Shown: positions 1 to 9,169 of the stretch, in pieces
How positions within the stretch are numbered: the first letter of the stretch is position 1
How the letters are laid out: each line of letters begins with the position of its first letter
NCBI GenBank assembly: GCA_040388985.1
Contig: JAZKAU010000003.1
Coordinates: 24,557 to 88,556 of the forward strand
Source: Patescibacteria group bacterium
Lineage (GTDB): Bacteria > Patescibacteriota > Minisyncoccia > Phycocordibacterales > Phycocordibacteraceae
Direction: 5' to 3'
Length of the DNA stretch: 64,000 nucleotides
The notes under the pieces: generated by a model
The model's database searches: none
What the model was told of the DNA's origin: nothing
What the model saw: only the letters and a program-made list of their open reading frames with translations
Translations under genes and position numbers: made by a program

Positions 1-2
1 TC

Positions 3-632
3 TTGAAGGGATTCCATACAAAGCTTCCCTTCACTACCCGGTTGCTCATAGGACTCTATAGCGGGCTTACGAGACACGCTCTCTTTCTTGGTGCGCTATT
101 GGCATGCGTTTGCATTGGGATTCTCTATCTCTGGCACAAACCTGGCGTTCGCAAACGCGCTGCACTCATTCAACTTCATATACCGCTTCTGAATTCCCTG
201 AGTCGCTCCTATTACTTGGCGACTATTTTCCGCACGCTTGCAACACTGCTTCAGAGCGGTATACGGCTCGAGGCAGCGCTTGCGCTTACTGCAGACGGAC
301 TTAGCGCGAGCATGTATCGCGAATCGCTGAATACTATACGGACTAGCGTGCTCCAAGGAAGCCGTGTGTCTACCCACGTTCGCGCGTATCCCAGCCTCTA
401 CCCATCAACGGTAAGGCAACTCATCGCGCTCGGCGAGGCGACGGGTAGATTGCGTGAGAGCTGCAGCACTATTGCGGAGATATATGAGGAACGACTCGAT
501 GAACTGACTCGTACCCTTTCAGTACTTGTTGAACCTGCACTCATGATAGGTATGGGATGCGTCGTCGGCTTCGTCGCGCTTGCCATCATTACGCCTATCT
601 ACGGCCTTACTCAGAACTTGAACGTACATTGA
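3..632 (+). CDS. pilC: Type IV pilus assembly platform protein PilC/GspF, C-terminal part. The gene is truncated by the window start.
   Basis: GspF-domain motif LIALGEATGRL..ESCSTIAEIYEERLDE and C-terminal TM helices. The ORF runs off the 5' edge of the window. Confidence 0.7.
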   Translation: MKGFHTKLPFTTRLLIGLYSGLTRHALFLGALLACVCIGILYLWHKPGVRKRAALIQLHIPLLNSLSRSYYLATIFRTLATLLQSGIRLEAALALTADGLSASMYRESLNTIRTSVLQGSRVSTHVRAYPSLYPSTVRQLIALGEATGRLRESCSTIAEIYEERLDELTRTLSVLVEPALMIGMGCVVGFVALAIITPIYGLTQNLNVH

Positions 633-633
633 T

Positions 634-1125
634 ATGCATGCTCGATCAAATTCACTCAAAGGATTCACGGTGGCCGAAGTCATGCTCGTCATAGGACTTA
701 TAGCTCTTCTCGGGGGAATGACGGCAGTCGAAGGATTTAACGCCTACCGCCGGGCACTCACGCGCACTGACGCAGAGCGGATATTCGGACTACTTCGACG
801 TGCGCGAAGTGATTCGATTCACGGAGTGTGTCTATCAGGAACATGCACAGAGAGTCCCTTCCATGGCGTATCTCTGAGCGCCCATGGGGCGACGCTCTTC
901 GAGGGATCCGACTTCAAAACGCGATCACAGTCAGTCGACGAGACTCTGAGCCTTGAGGGCACTGGTATCGCAAGCAGTACGGGCGATATACTATTCGCTC
1001 CTCTGACTGGTAAGGCCGATAAAGATGCCACTGTCACGCTGGCAGATCCGTATGGCGCGCGCTGGGATATAACGGTATACGCGTCGGGAGCGATAGATAT
1101 GAGTCTCCAAGACGAGACTGATTAA
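634..1125 (+). CDS. Type IV pilin/pseudopilin-like protein
   Basis: N-terminal prepilin signal KGFTVAEVMLVIGLIALL, a class III leader with G-F-T..E followed by a hydrophobic helix. It starts 1 nt after the pilC stop. Confidence 0.6.
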   Translation: MHARSNSLKGFTVAEVMLVIGLIALLGGMTAVEGFNAYRRALTRTDAERIFGLLRRARSDSIHGVCLSGTCTESPFHGVSLSAHGATLFEGSDFKTRSQSVDETLSLEGTGIASSTGDILFAPLTGKADKDATVTLADPYGARWDITVYASGAIDMSLQDETD

Positions 1126-1130
1126 GTCGT

Positions 1131-2648
1131 ATGCGCGCATTTTCGACTATCGAGATACTGCTTGCGCTTGCGATCCTGACCAGCACCTTGGTCGCCGTTG
1201 CACTCGTGGCACTCGGTACGCCGTTCATGCTCGCAAACATGAAGCTCGAACATGAAGCATACGGACGAGCGAGTATGCAGCTCGAGCGCGTAGAGCACCT
1301 TGCACGCCTTGACTATAGCCGCATCGCTCCGGTCGCAAGTTCGACGCAACACGGATTTACAACGTCTCTTTCGATCGAACCGCTAGACGATGAAGCTTCT
1401 GCGCGCGTATATTCGAATGTCTCATGGACGGATTCGCAGGGCGAGAACAGGTTCGCGTCGCTTGAGACGACCGTAACCGACCCGACGGCTATCGACGCCC
1501 CGTGCGACCCGCTCATCATCGGCGACTGGACACGCCCGAGAGTCGTCGCTACGTATCAACTCAGCGCGGGCAGCTTGCTGCCCGCCGGGACTCCAATCGA
1601 TACCTATTCGGTGTCAGATATCTCAGTACTTGGCTCTACCCTTATCGCATCCGTCAGCGCTACCGGCCAGGCCACGTCCTCAACTCTATTCTTTTTCAAT
1701 GTCGCAGATTCACACCATACTCCTCTACCGTTCGGGATTGGCTTTGATAATGCGAGCACATCGCGCACCGGATTCTCGGCGGTGACCACCGGAGCAGGAT
1801 ATGTCTTTGCTGCCAATGGCTTCGGGAGCGCAAGCGCAGCAACATGTGCAGACAACGTTAGCTGCGCCCAACTACAGATATTCGAAGTTCCTGAAACAGG
1901 GGCCCCGCAACGTATCGGTACACTCGCGTTCAATAAGAACGCGTTCCCGCACGCCGTCACCGCAACCGGCGCCTCGGCGGGTGCGCGAGCTGTCTTTTAC
2001 TATCATGGCTTTCTCTATCTCGGTCTTGAAAAGACGTCCGGAGGTCAGGAATTCGTAATCGTAGACGTACATGATGCTGCACACCCCCGCTTCCTCAGCG
2101 GTGTGCCGATCGGCAGGTCCGTAAATCATATTCTCGTACGTGGTTCATACGCGTACGTTGCTACTGATGATCCTGCGCGCGAGCTTACTATTGTGGACAT
2201 ACACGATCCCCAACATCCCGTCGTTGCTGGCGTATGGAATGCACCTGGAAGCATTGGCTTCGGACTGGGGAGCGCAATTACGGCACACGGGACTATCATC
2301 CGTTTCGGAAGAACGTATGTGAATAATGCGCCCGAACTTCTATCGCTTGCCGCTGATGACCTATCGATGGTCCATCCGCTAGCTGCGAAAGATATCGGTA
2401 CAGCGCTTAGTCCGGAAAGCGTCCGCGGACTTCTTACCCGCGACTTCCTCACCTATGTGCTTACTACTACCTCGCTCCAGTTTTTCGATACATCCACTCC
2501 AACCGCATTCACTCCCTACGCGATGTCCCTCGCACTGCCGAGCGGCACTCAAGGTACGGCACTCGCTTGCCGCGGCAATATGATCTATATCGGGCTTACC
2601 CGCACGAGCGACGGAACCGGATTCATACAAGCTCTTACCAGCTCCTAG
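1131..2648 (+). CDS. Large 505 aa minor pilin-like protein (pilus tip or adhesin candidate)
   Basis: N-terminus FSTIEILLALAILTSTLVAVALV is pilin-like. The long extracellular region is Ser/Thr/Gly/Ala-rich, and the gene sits in the pilin operon. Confidence 0.5.
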   Translation: MRAFSTIEILLALAILTSTLVAVALVALGTPFMLANMKLEHEAYGRASMQLERVEHLARLDYSRIAPVASSTQHGFTTSLSIEPLDDEASARVYSNVSWTDSQGENRFASLETTVTDPTAIDAPCDPLIIGDWTRPRVVATYQLSAGSLLPAGTPIDTYSVSDISVLGSTLIASVSATGQATSSTLFFFNVADSHHTPLPFGIGFDNASTSRTGFSAVTTGAGYVFAANGFGSASAATCADNVSCAQLQIFEVPETGAPQRIGTLAFNKNAFPHAVTATGASAGARAVFYYHGFLYLGLEKTSGGQEFVIVDVHDAAHPRFLSGVPIGRSVNHILVRGSYAYVATDDPARELTIVDIHDPQHPVVAGVWNAPGSIGFGLGSAITAHGTIIRFGRTYVNNAPELLSLAADDLSMVHPLAAKDIGTALSPESVRGLLTRDFLTYVLTTTSLQFFDTSTPTAFTPYAMSLALPSGTQGTALACRGNMIYIGLTRTSDGTGFIQALTSS

Positions 2649-2650
2649 AT

Positions 2651-3115
2651 ATGCGAGGTTTTACCCTTATAGAAACCTTGATATATCTCGCGCTTTTTGC
2701 GCTGCTTATGAGTGGCGCGATTGGCGGCGTGAATGCTATACAAGAATCTGCGGAGCGGACAAGCAAACAAACCATACTCATAGATGAAGCGCTATATCTC
2801 GAAGGTCGTCTTCGTACAGAGGTAGAGCATGCCGACCGTATTATCTCGCCGTCAAAGGACATGCCAAGCGGTACGCTGACTTTTGAAGAAGACGGTCTAC
2901 GTGTCGACATTGAACAAGAGCTGGGGAGTTTGGTACAGCGGATTAGTGATGAAGATACGATCCTGAACGACAATGCGGTTAAAGTAGCGGGTATCGCTTT
3001 CACCAGATCCAGTTCGGCGAATGATCCTCAACATATCGATATATCCCTTACGCTGCAGGCGCAGGGCGCTCCTGCTGCTACGGTATATTCGCAAACGGTA
3101 TACCTTTCGCCATGA
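2651..3115 (+). CDS. Type IV pilin/pseudopilin
   Basis: Internal ATG at 2651 gives MRGFTLIETLIYLALFALLMSG, the canonical GFTLIE prepilin peptidase motif. This ATG lies 3 nt after the previous stop, whereas the ORF-track start at 2567 overlaps the upstream gene. Confidence 0.65.
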   Translation: MRGFTLIETLIYLALFALLMSGAIGGVNAIQESAERTSKQTILIDEALYLEGRLRTEVEHADRIISPSKDMPSGTLTFEEDGLRVDIEQELGSLVQRISDEDTILNDNAVKVAGIAFTRSSSANDPQHIDISLTLQAQGAPAATVYSQTVYLSP

Positions 3116-3552
3116 AGTACCTGCACGTAACGACGCCTTCTTATTCCAAGGCACCAAGCGGCTATATCGCGCTCATATCTGTACTCATACTTTCTGCTGT
3201 CCTTATGGTGCTTGTCTTTGCAGCAAATACGAATGCTTTCTTCGCGCGCGCGAACCTCTCGCGTGCTGAGGATCATGCCGCGGCGCGGCATGCAGCTGAT
3301 GGCTGCGCACTATTCGCACTGCGTGCGCTTGGAATAGATGGTTCCATATTTGAAAGTATTCCCGTCGTAGTACATCTGGATGTTTCTTCGATTTGTACCC
3401 TTCTCGTAGGCTCAATATCCGGAAATACAGCAAAGATCACAGCGCGTGCGACCTCAGGTACAAGCGTAGTCGTAGTCAAAGTAGATGCTACGCGCGACGC
3501 CGCCAGCAAGCCTTTTCATCCAACGACTTGGGGCGAGACTGCAGAAAAGTAG
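3112..3552 (+). CDS. Pilus assembly minor pilin (PilX-like)
   Basis: Its ATGA start overlaps the upstream stop. The N-terminal hydrophobic segment reads YIALISVLILSAVLMVLVF. Confidence 0.45.
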   Translation: MKYLHVTTPSYSKAPSGYIALISVLILSAVLMVLVFAANTNAFFARANLSRAEDHAAARHAADGCALFALRALGIDGSIFESIPVVVHLDVSSICTLLVGSISGNTAKITARATSGTSVVVVKVDATRDAASKPFHPTTWGETAEK

Positions 3553-3669
3553 AATCTTGAGAACTTATAAGAAATATCTGAATGACTTTAGGTGTTATGC
3601 ACGGCTTGGACTATTCCGCGTAAAGAGACATTTGGCAGACTAAACCTATACAGACATAACCTCCCGCCT

Positions 3670-4188
3670 ATGACACATTCCATTCCGCCATCTTCAAAGA
3701 CACACATTTATGAACGAGGCTTCACGCTTATAGAAATACTGGTTGTCATCGGCATGATAGCAGTACTTGCAAGCGTCGTGCTTATAGCCATAAATCCTCT
3801 CCGGCAATTCGCGCAGGCCCGGAACTCGCAGCGCATAAGTAACGTGAATGCGATATTGAACGCCGTCGGTAACCGTCTCGCCGAACACCAAGGCATCTTT
3901 ACTGAGGCCAGTAGCACCTGCCCTGCTATTCCCTCTTCCGATATTGATATCGCAAAGAATCAGTATGATCTCCGGCGATGCCTCGTACCCACCTACATAT
4001 CCGAACTTCCGTTCGACCCGGACGGCGGAAGCAACACATGCATAAATGACGCCTGTAGTGACGGAGACTATGACACCCGCTACACCGTTCGTGAAGACAG
4101 TAGCTCAGGACGCATCACCGTCTGCGCTCCGAACGCCGGGCATGAGTCCTCGATTCCCGACAGCCAGAGGTATTGCCTAACCCGCTAG
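3670..4188 (+). CDS. Type IV pilin, candidate major pilin
   Basis: ATG at 3670 gives ...ERGFTLIEILVVIGMIAVLASVVLIAI, a GFTLIE motif plus TM helix, with Cys residues near the C-terminus suggesting a disulfide loop. Confidence 0.65.
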   Translation: MTHSIPPSSKTHIYERGFTLIEILVVIGMIAVLASVVLIAINPLRQFAQARNSQRISNVNAILNAVGNRLAEHQGIFTEASSTCPAIPSSDIDIAKNQYDLRRCLVPTYISELPFDPDGGSNTCINDACSDGDYDTRYTVREDSSSGRITVCAPNAGHESSIPDSQRYCLTR

Positions 4189-4233
4189 TTACATCCTTCC
4201 GCCATTAACAAAAGAACTTAGATACCTCATACT

Positions 4234-4470
4234 ATGAATATGACTCCAAGCCGAACATTCTTAATTGGCCGTAACGCTAGCACTGGACAACTGGTAAGCG
4301 TTCAAGTTGCTCAAAGTCATCCAAAGACTCATATTGTCGAGCGACTTCATAAATATGCAGGACCTGCCCCACGTGAGTTAAGGAATATAATTATCAAACC
4401 TGCAGTATCCAAGAAGGTTAGACCGAGAAAGACCGGAACGAAGCGAGCCACTTCTTCAAAGAAGAAATAA
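4234..4470 (+). CDS. Putative antitoxin. A small basic protein sits immediately upstream of the PIN gene.
   Basis: 78 aa with a Lys/Arg-rich C-terminus. Its stop is 2 nt before the PIN gene start. It lies in an AT-rich islet. Confidence 0.35.
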   Translation: MNMTPSRTFLIGRNASTGQLVSVQVAQSHPKTHIVERLHKYAGPAPRELRNIIIKPAVSKKVRPRKTGTKRATSSKKK

Positions 4471-4472
4471 CC

Positions 4473-4976
4473 ATGAGGCATTGCGTTGTCTTAGACAGCT
4501 GTTTCCTTGTCGGTGTGCTGGATAGTACTGATTCCTTTCATCAAGATTCAACGTACCTCTTCACTATTCTGTTAAGCACCAGAACGAGGGTCAAGATCAT
4601 ACTACCTGCGGTCGTCCTGTATGAAACTATTGTCATCCTTACGCGAAGAGGTATCTCACATAGGAGAATACTAGGAGCTGTTACCCGACTTATTCATAAT
4701 TCAAAGATAATTATCCTGTCACTCACGGAAACCTCTGCATTAAAACATTGCCGGAGGTTACTATCGCAAACGTCTCAAATAGATGCACTTAGAACAGCAG
4801 ACTATATGATCGCCTGCATTGGAGTTGACTTTGAAGCGCAGATTCTCACATTCGATAAGATAATGAGAAATCGGGTGAAGAAAGTCTACCCAAGTATTTA
4901 CTATTGTTCATCAAAGGGCGGAATGATAGACGAGACGGGGAATTTCTTGGCCGAGTTAGAACTTCAAGCTGTATAG
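4473..4976 (+). CDS. vapC: PIN-domain ribonuclease (VapC-like toxin)
   Basis: Four conserved acidic positions are spaced as in PIN domains: VVLDSCFL, VLYETIV, TADYMIACIG and ILTFDK. Codon usage is AT-rich. Confidence 0.55.
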   Translation: MRHCVVLDSCFLVGVLDSTDSFHQDSTYLFTILLSTRTRVKIILPAVVLYETIVILTRRGISHRRILGAVTRLIHNSKIIILSLTETSALKHCRRLLSQTSQIDALRTADYMIACIGVDFEAQILTFDKIMRNRVKKVYPSIYYCSSKGGMIDETGNFLAELELQAV

Positions 4977-4988
4977 ATCTTTGCTTGA

Positions 4989-5573
4989 TCACTGCGTTAG
5001 AAACTTCAGAACTTTGCGGAAGGCGATGCCGCGCTGCGAGATGCGATTCTCATGGTCGATGTTCATCTGGGCCCAGGTAAGGGTTTCGCCATCCGGCACG
5101 AAGAGCGGGCTATAGGGCATCTTTGGCTGCGGCTTTGCGCGCGGCGCTTCGAGAAGCGTTCCGGCGACTTCGCCCGTAAACGGGTGCTCCTGTCCTTCCG
5201 GCGAGACTAGGACGACCACCGTCCGGAATATCGCAGAGCGATCTTTCGCGCCTCCGAGACGCTTCAGGCAATACTGCATGATCTCGTCAGTTGAGACGTC
5301 CCCGGCCCAGCTGGCGGCGCGGATGCCGGGCGCGCCATCGAGCGCAGTAATGAAGAGACCGGTCTCGTCTGCCATCGTCCAGAGCCCTGGCGCATGCTCA
5401 TGCGCGTACCACGCCTTCTTCGCGGCATTCTCTTCGAGCGTCTCGCCGTTCTCCACGGCTTCGCCTTCTATGCCCGCTTCTTCGAGTGTCCTCACGCGCA
5501 GGCCGCTACCCTCGAATATCTCCTGAATCTGGAGTGCCTTGCTCGGATTGCGAGTGGAGAGGATGATATCCAT
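4989..5573 (-). CDS. rdgB: Non-canonical purine NTP pyrophosphatase (RdgB/Ham1, ITPase)
   Basis: Ham1-family motifs MDIILSTRNPSKALQIQEIF, ADETGLFITALDGAPGIRAASWAG and NRISQRGIAF. The start was chosen at the internal Met (cat at 5571-5573). Confidence 0.75.
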   Translation of the reverse strand: MDIILSTRNPSKALQIQEIFEGSGLRVRTLEEAGIEGEAVENGETLEENAAKKAWYAHEHAPGLWTMADETGLFITALDGAPGIRAASWAGDVSTDEIMQYCLKRLGGAKDRSAIFRTVVVLVSPEGQEHPFTGEVAGTLLEAPRAKPQPKMPYSPLFVPDGETLTWAQMNIDHENRISQRGIAFRKVLKFLTQ

Positions 5574-5672
5574 ACATGGCTTTCCCGGATTATACCAGCA
5601 CGACATCTTGAACCCTCAGATATGTTGGAAGCCGGCGCGGGGGCCGGCTTCTGGGTTGGTGACTGGATGCGG

Positions 5673-5885
5673 TCAGGACTGACCGGCGGCGTAGAGCGCT
5701 GCGTTTTGTCCCTCCGATTGCTCGGAAAGGCTCGCGGCGTAAACGAGCGCCAGGATCAGGAGCGCCAGGATCACGATGGCACGGCGCAGCCGAGGCCATT
5801 GCGACCGCACTTCGTCCTTCGGCTGTGCATCCTTCAGGGCCGCAGCGTGACGCGAACGGTCCAGCGGGTAACTAACATCGTCCAT
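5673..5885 (-). CDS. Hypothetical small membrane protein
   Basis: 70 aa with one hydrophobic helix, AIVILALLILALVYAA. There is no homology signal. Confidence 0.25.
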   Translation of the reverse strand: MDDVSYPLDRSRHAAALKDAQPKDEVRSQWPRLRRAIVILALLILALVYAASLSEQSEGQNAALYAAGQS

Positions 5886-6048
5886 TTAAGCACCTCTTCT
5901 TATACGATTGCGATTGAGCTTCAGTTCATATTGTAGCAGCTTTTATAGGTTCGGTCAAAATGAGTATATTCGTACGCGAATCTATCCTTCATGAAGCGTT
6001 CATGCATAAACGGTGATACTTTGGACATATTAATAACGCTGATCCTGT

Positions 6049-6726
6049 ATGCGCATCCTCATCGTTGAAGACGAACCGAAGCTCGGCGAAGCACTCAAGA
6101 AAGGCCTTGAACTCAAAGGCTATACGGCGGATTATCTCGAGGACGCGCAGAAGGCGCGTACCCGCATAAAGCTATACCGCGACGAATATGACCTGATCCT
6201 GCTCGACCTCATGATGCCGGGCGTCGACGGCGCGACCATCTGCAAGGAAGCGCGCGAGGAAGGCGTGACGACGCCTATCATCATGCTCACGGCCAGAGAC
6301 GAGACGGATATGAAAGTGAAGCTCCTCAATCTCGGAGCCGATGACTATATCGCAAAGCCTTACTCGATAGAGGAGGTGGTCGCCCGCATCAATGCGGTGC
6401 TGCGCCGCCCGGAGGCGGCGCTGCCGACCGTGCTTACGGTGCGCGATATCACACTCGATCCCGGGAAGCACACGGTCACCAAGGGCGGCAAGGAAGTCGC
6501 CCTTACCCTGAAGGAGTTTTCCCTGCTAGAATTCTTCATGCGCCATCCCAACGAGGCGATGAAGCGCGAAGCCGTCCTCGATCACGTCTGGAGCTTCGAC
6601 TTCCCTGCCTTCAGCAACGTGCTCGACGTGCATATGAAGAACCTGCGCAAGAAACTTGATGACTATGCCGACTCCGACCCACTCTTCGAAACTATCCGCG
6701 GTATCGGTTACCGCCTTAACGGATAA
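6049..6726 (+). CDS. OmpR-family response regulator
   Basis: REC-domain motifs MRILIVEDEP and DLILLDLMMPGVDG, plus a winged-helix C-terminus ending ...RGIGYRL. Confidence 0.9.
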   Translation: MRILIVEDEPKLGEALKKGLELKGYTADYLEDAQKARTRIKLYRDEYDLILLDLMMPGVDGATICKEAREEGVTTPIIMLTARDETDMKVKLLNLGADDYIAKPYSIEEVVARINAVLRRPEAALPTVLTVRDITLDPGKHTVTKGGKEVALTLKEFSLLEFFMRHPNEAMKREAVLDHVWSFDFPAFSNVLDVHMKNLRKKLDDYADSDPLFETIRGIGYRLNG

Positions 6727-7798
6727 ATACCGGGAGAATCCGTATTGGCGGAGTGCATTCAATATCATCGCCATACAGACTCTGCTCGTGATATTCACGG
6801 TCGTCGTCTTTGCCTTTGCTATCAAATATCAGCAGACGCAGACCGTGCAGGTCCTGCGCGACCATATTACGCAGATAGCGAGCGGTGCGCCGCCTATTAA
6901 CGGCGCGCTCGCGAACGCCTTCCAGAACGTCCGGTATGAGACGCTCGGCGGCGTCCTCTTAGTGCTCATTACTCTCACGGTGCTCTTCGGCTTTCTCGCC
7001 GCGCGCTACGCCCTTTCTCCGACGCGCAATTCTCTCGAATATCAGAAACGCTTTATCGGCAATATCGCGCACGAGTTGCGCACTCCCCTCTCCATTATCC
7101 GCACGAATACGGAAGTAGCGCTGATGGACCCATCGCTGAACGACTACGCCAGGTCCACACTCACGATGACTATAGAAGAACTTGACCGCGTTTCGGAGAC
7201 TATTAATAACCTGCTTACCTTCGATACGTTGCTTCGCCCGGAGCGAATCCGGAAGGGGCCGGTGAATCTCATGTCCGTGATCGAACTGGTCGTAGAGCGC
7301 CACCGCGATTTGGCTACTACGCGCGGCATCATGCTCACTCACAGCGGATCAGACATCGCCTACCTCTTCGGGAACGAAGTCGCGCTCGGACAGGTCTTCA
7401 CGAATCTGGTGAAGAACGCTCTTAACTACACGCCGCAGCATGAAGGCCGCAGCGTTGAAGTGAGAATCGTCGATAACGATGAGACTATCACGGCCAGTGT
7501 CATCGACACGGGCATCGGCATCGCGCAGAAGGACCTCTATCACGTCTTCGAGCCCTTCTACCGCGGCGACACGTCGCGAGCGCGCCGCATCGGCGGCGGA
7601 ACAAGCGGACTCGGTCTTGCTATCGTCAACGATATCGTGCGCGCTCACCAAGGCTCGATCATCGTGCGCAGCGCGCTCAATCGCGGCACCACCATCGAGA
7701 TATCATTCCCTAAAGCTGACACCACCGAATACGTAAAAGAGATCGCAGCCAAAGAAGATGATGCGGAAGAGTATGAAGCTGCGGTCGTGAAGTCCTAA
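6656..7798 (+). CDS. Sensor histidine kinase (HisKA + HATPase_c)
   Basis: Two N-terminal TM helices, an H-box FIGNIAHELRTPLS, an N-box LVKNALNYT and G-boxes DTGIGI and GGTSGLGLAI. The true start is probably a non-ATG codon downstream of 6656, because the ORF-track start overlaps the response regulator by 71 nt. Confidence 0.85.
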   Translation: MMTMPTPTHSSKLSAVSVTALTDKYRENPYWRSAFNIIAIQTLLVIFTVVVFAFAIKYQQTQTVQVLRDHITQIASGAPPINGALANAFQNVRYETLGGVLLVLITLTVLFGFLAARYALSPTRNSLEYQKRFIGNIAHELRTPLSIIRTNTEVALMDPSLNDYARSTLTMTIEELDRVSETINNLLTFDTLLRPERIRKGPVNLMSVIELVVERHRDLATTRGIMLTHSGSDIAYLFGNEVALGQVFTNLVKNALNYTPQHEGRSVEVRIVDNDETITASVIDTGIGIAQKDLYHVFEPFYRGDTSRARRIGGGTSGLGLAIVNDIVRAHQGSIIVRSALNRGTTIEISFPKADTTEYVKEIAAKEDDAEEYEAAVVKS

Positions 7799-7887
7799 TC
7801 GAATCAGATGCTATATTTGACAATGCCTATAAATATTATACACTGCTCAGGTACCCCTTTGACTCGATAACGACGGAGAAGACAGTA

Positions 7888-8313
7888 ATGACTCGTTATA
7901 CCCGATATCAGGGACTGATCCTTGGCTTCATTCTCATCCTGGGCGGATTCACCATCTGCGGGCTCAGTTCGCTCGCGCTAATGATGACGATGCTCGATCG
8001 CGAGACTATGCTGACGTCGAGCGTGATGAGCTTCGCGTTCGCGTTCGTCGTCTTCGGCGCCGGCGTGGTCATCTTCTGCGAGTGCTATCGCGCATGCTCG
8101 CATGAGGAGCGCCGTACGGTGACCGAGGTCGCAGTCTGCGGCGTCATCGGCGCTCTCGGCCTCGTCTTCGTCCTGGCGCTCGTGCTCATTCCGGACATGA
8201 ATTCCGGCGGGCGGTGGCTCTGCATGGCGTGTGCGACGGCGTTCTTCGTGTTCGCCGCCCTTCGCCTGCGCAAGCGCCTGCACAAGCGCGACGAAGAAGA
8301 ATCTGTCGCCTAG
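7888..8313 (+). CDS. Hypothetical integral membrane protein
   Basis: 141 aa with 4 predicted TM helices and a strong terminator downstream. Confidence 0.4.
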   Translation: MTRYTRYQGLILGFILILGGFTICGLSSLALMMTMLDRETMLTSSVMSFAFAFVVFGAGVVIFCECYRACSHEERRTVTEVAVCGVIGALGLVFVLALVLIPDMNSGGRWLCMACATAFFVFAALRLRKRLHKRDEEESVA

Positions 8314-8328
8314 CGCTCCGGCCAAGCG

Positions 8329-8362
8329 CGACAAAGCCCTCCCCGGTGCGATCGGGGAGGGC
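8329..8362 (+). terminator. Rho-independent terminator
   Basis: Hairpin aaagccctccccggtgcgatcggggagggctttt sits just after the stop of the 7888..8313 gene. Confidence 0.6.
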
Positions 8363-8395
8363 TTTTGACATCTCAATGTTTGTCGAATGTGGACG

Positions 8396-9166
8396 TCACT
8401 TCTTGAGACCTGCGCCGTTTCTAAAAAGCAGCAGTACCCACACGAGCATCAGGATCGTGAAGCCGCCGATGACGGCGAAGCAGGTCGTAAGGCGTACATC
8501 AGAGACGCCGAGGAAGCCGTACCGGAAGGCGTTCACCATATAGAGGATAGGGTTAGCGAGCGAGATGTTCCGAAACAGAGGCGGGAGCAGCGATATGGAG
8601 TAGAAGACGCCTCCGAGGTACGTGAGCGGCGTGAGTACGAAGCTCGGCACGATGGTTATGGCGTCGAAGGATTTCGCGTAGATGGCGTTCACGATGCCCG
8701 CAAGCGCGAATAGGAGCGCCGTTAAAAAAGCAGCGACAAAGAGTATTAATATATTGAAGACGGCGAGATGCGTGAACAGGAGCGCGACGATGATGACGAG
8801 CACGCCGGTCAGTGCCGCCCGTATCATGCCGCCGGTCACGAAGCCTGCGACCACCGCCCACGACGGCATCGGCGAGACAAGTATCTCGTCGATGGTATGC
8901 TGCCACTTCGCGAAGTAGAACGTGGAGACCGTATTCATATAGGAACTTGTGATGATGGTCATCATGATGAGGCCTGGCACGATGTACTGCATGTAGCTAT
9001 AGCCGTCTATAGGCGCGACCTGGCTGCCGATGAACCGTCCGAAGACGATGAAGTAGAGGGTGGTCGTTATTACCGGCGGAAGGAGCGTCTGCGACCAGAT
9101 GCGTATGATGCGCGTGAACTCCTTGTGGACGATAGTGCTGTAGCCGATGAGTGTGGGAGATTTCAT
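8396..9166 (-). CDS. ABC-2 type transporter permease
   Basis: 256 aa with 6 TM helices and an ABC-2 family architecture. It is coupled to the upstream ATPase gene. Confidence 0.8.
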   Translation of the reverse strand: MKSPTLIGYSTIVHKEFTRIIRIWSQTLLPPVITTTLYFIVFGRFIGSQVAPIDGYSYMQYIVPGLIMMTIITSSYMNTVSTFYFAKWQHTIDEILVSPMPSWAVVAGFVTGGMIRAALTGVLVIIVALLFTHLAVFNILILFVAAFLTALLFALAGIVNAIYAKSFDAITIVPSFVLTPLTYLGGVFYSISLLPPLFRNISLANPILYMVNAFRYGFLGVSDVRLTTCFAVIGGFTILMLVWVLLLFRNGAGLKK

Positions 9167-9169
9167 ATC

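Noticed and set aside
5394-5936. 180-aa plus-strand ORF
   Set aside because: It overlaps rdgB on the opposite strand, and its continuation into the intergenic region has no start context.
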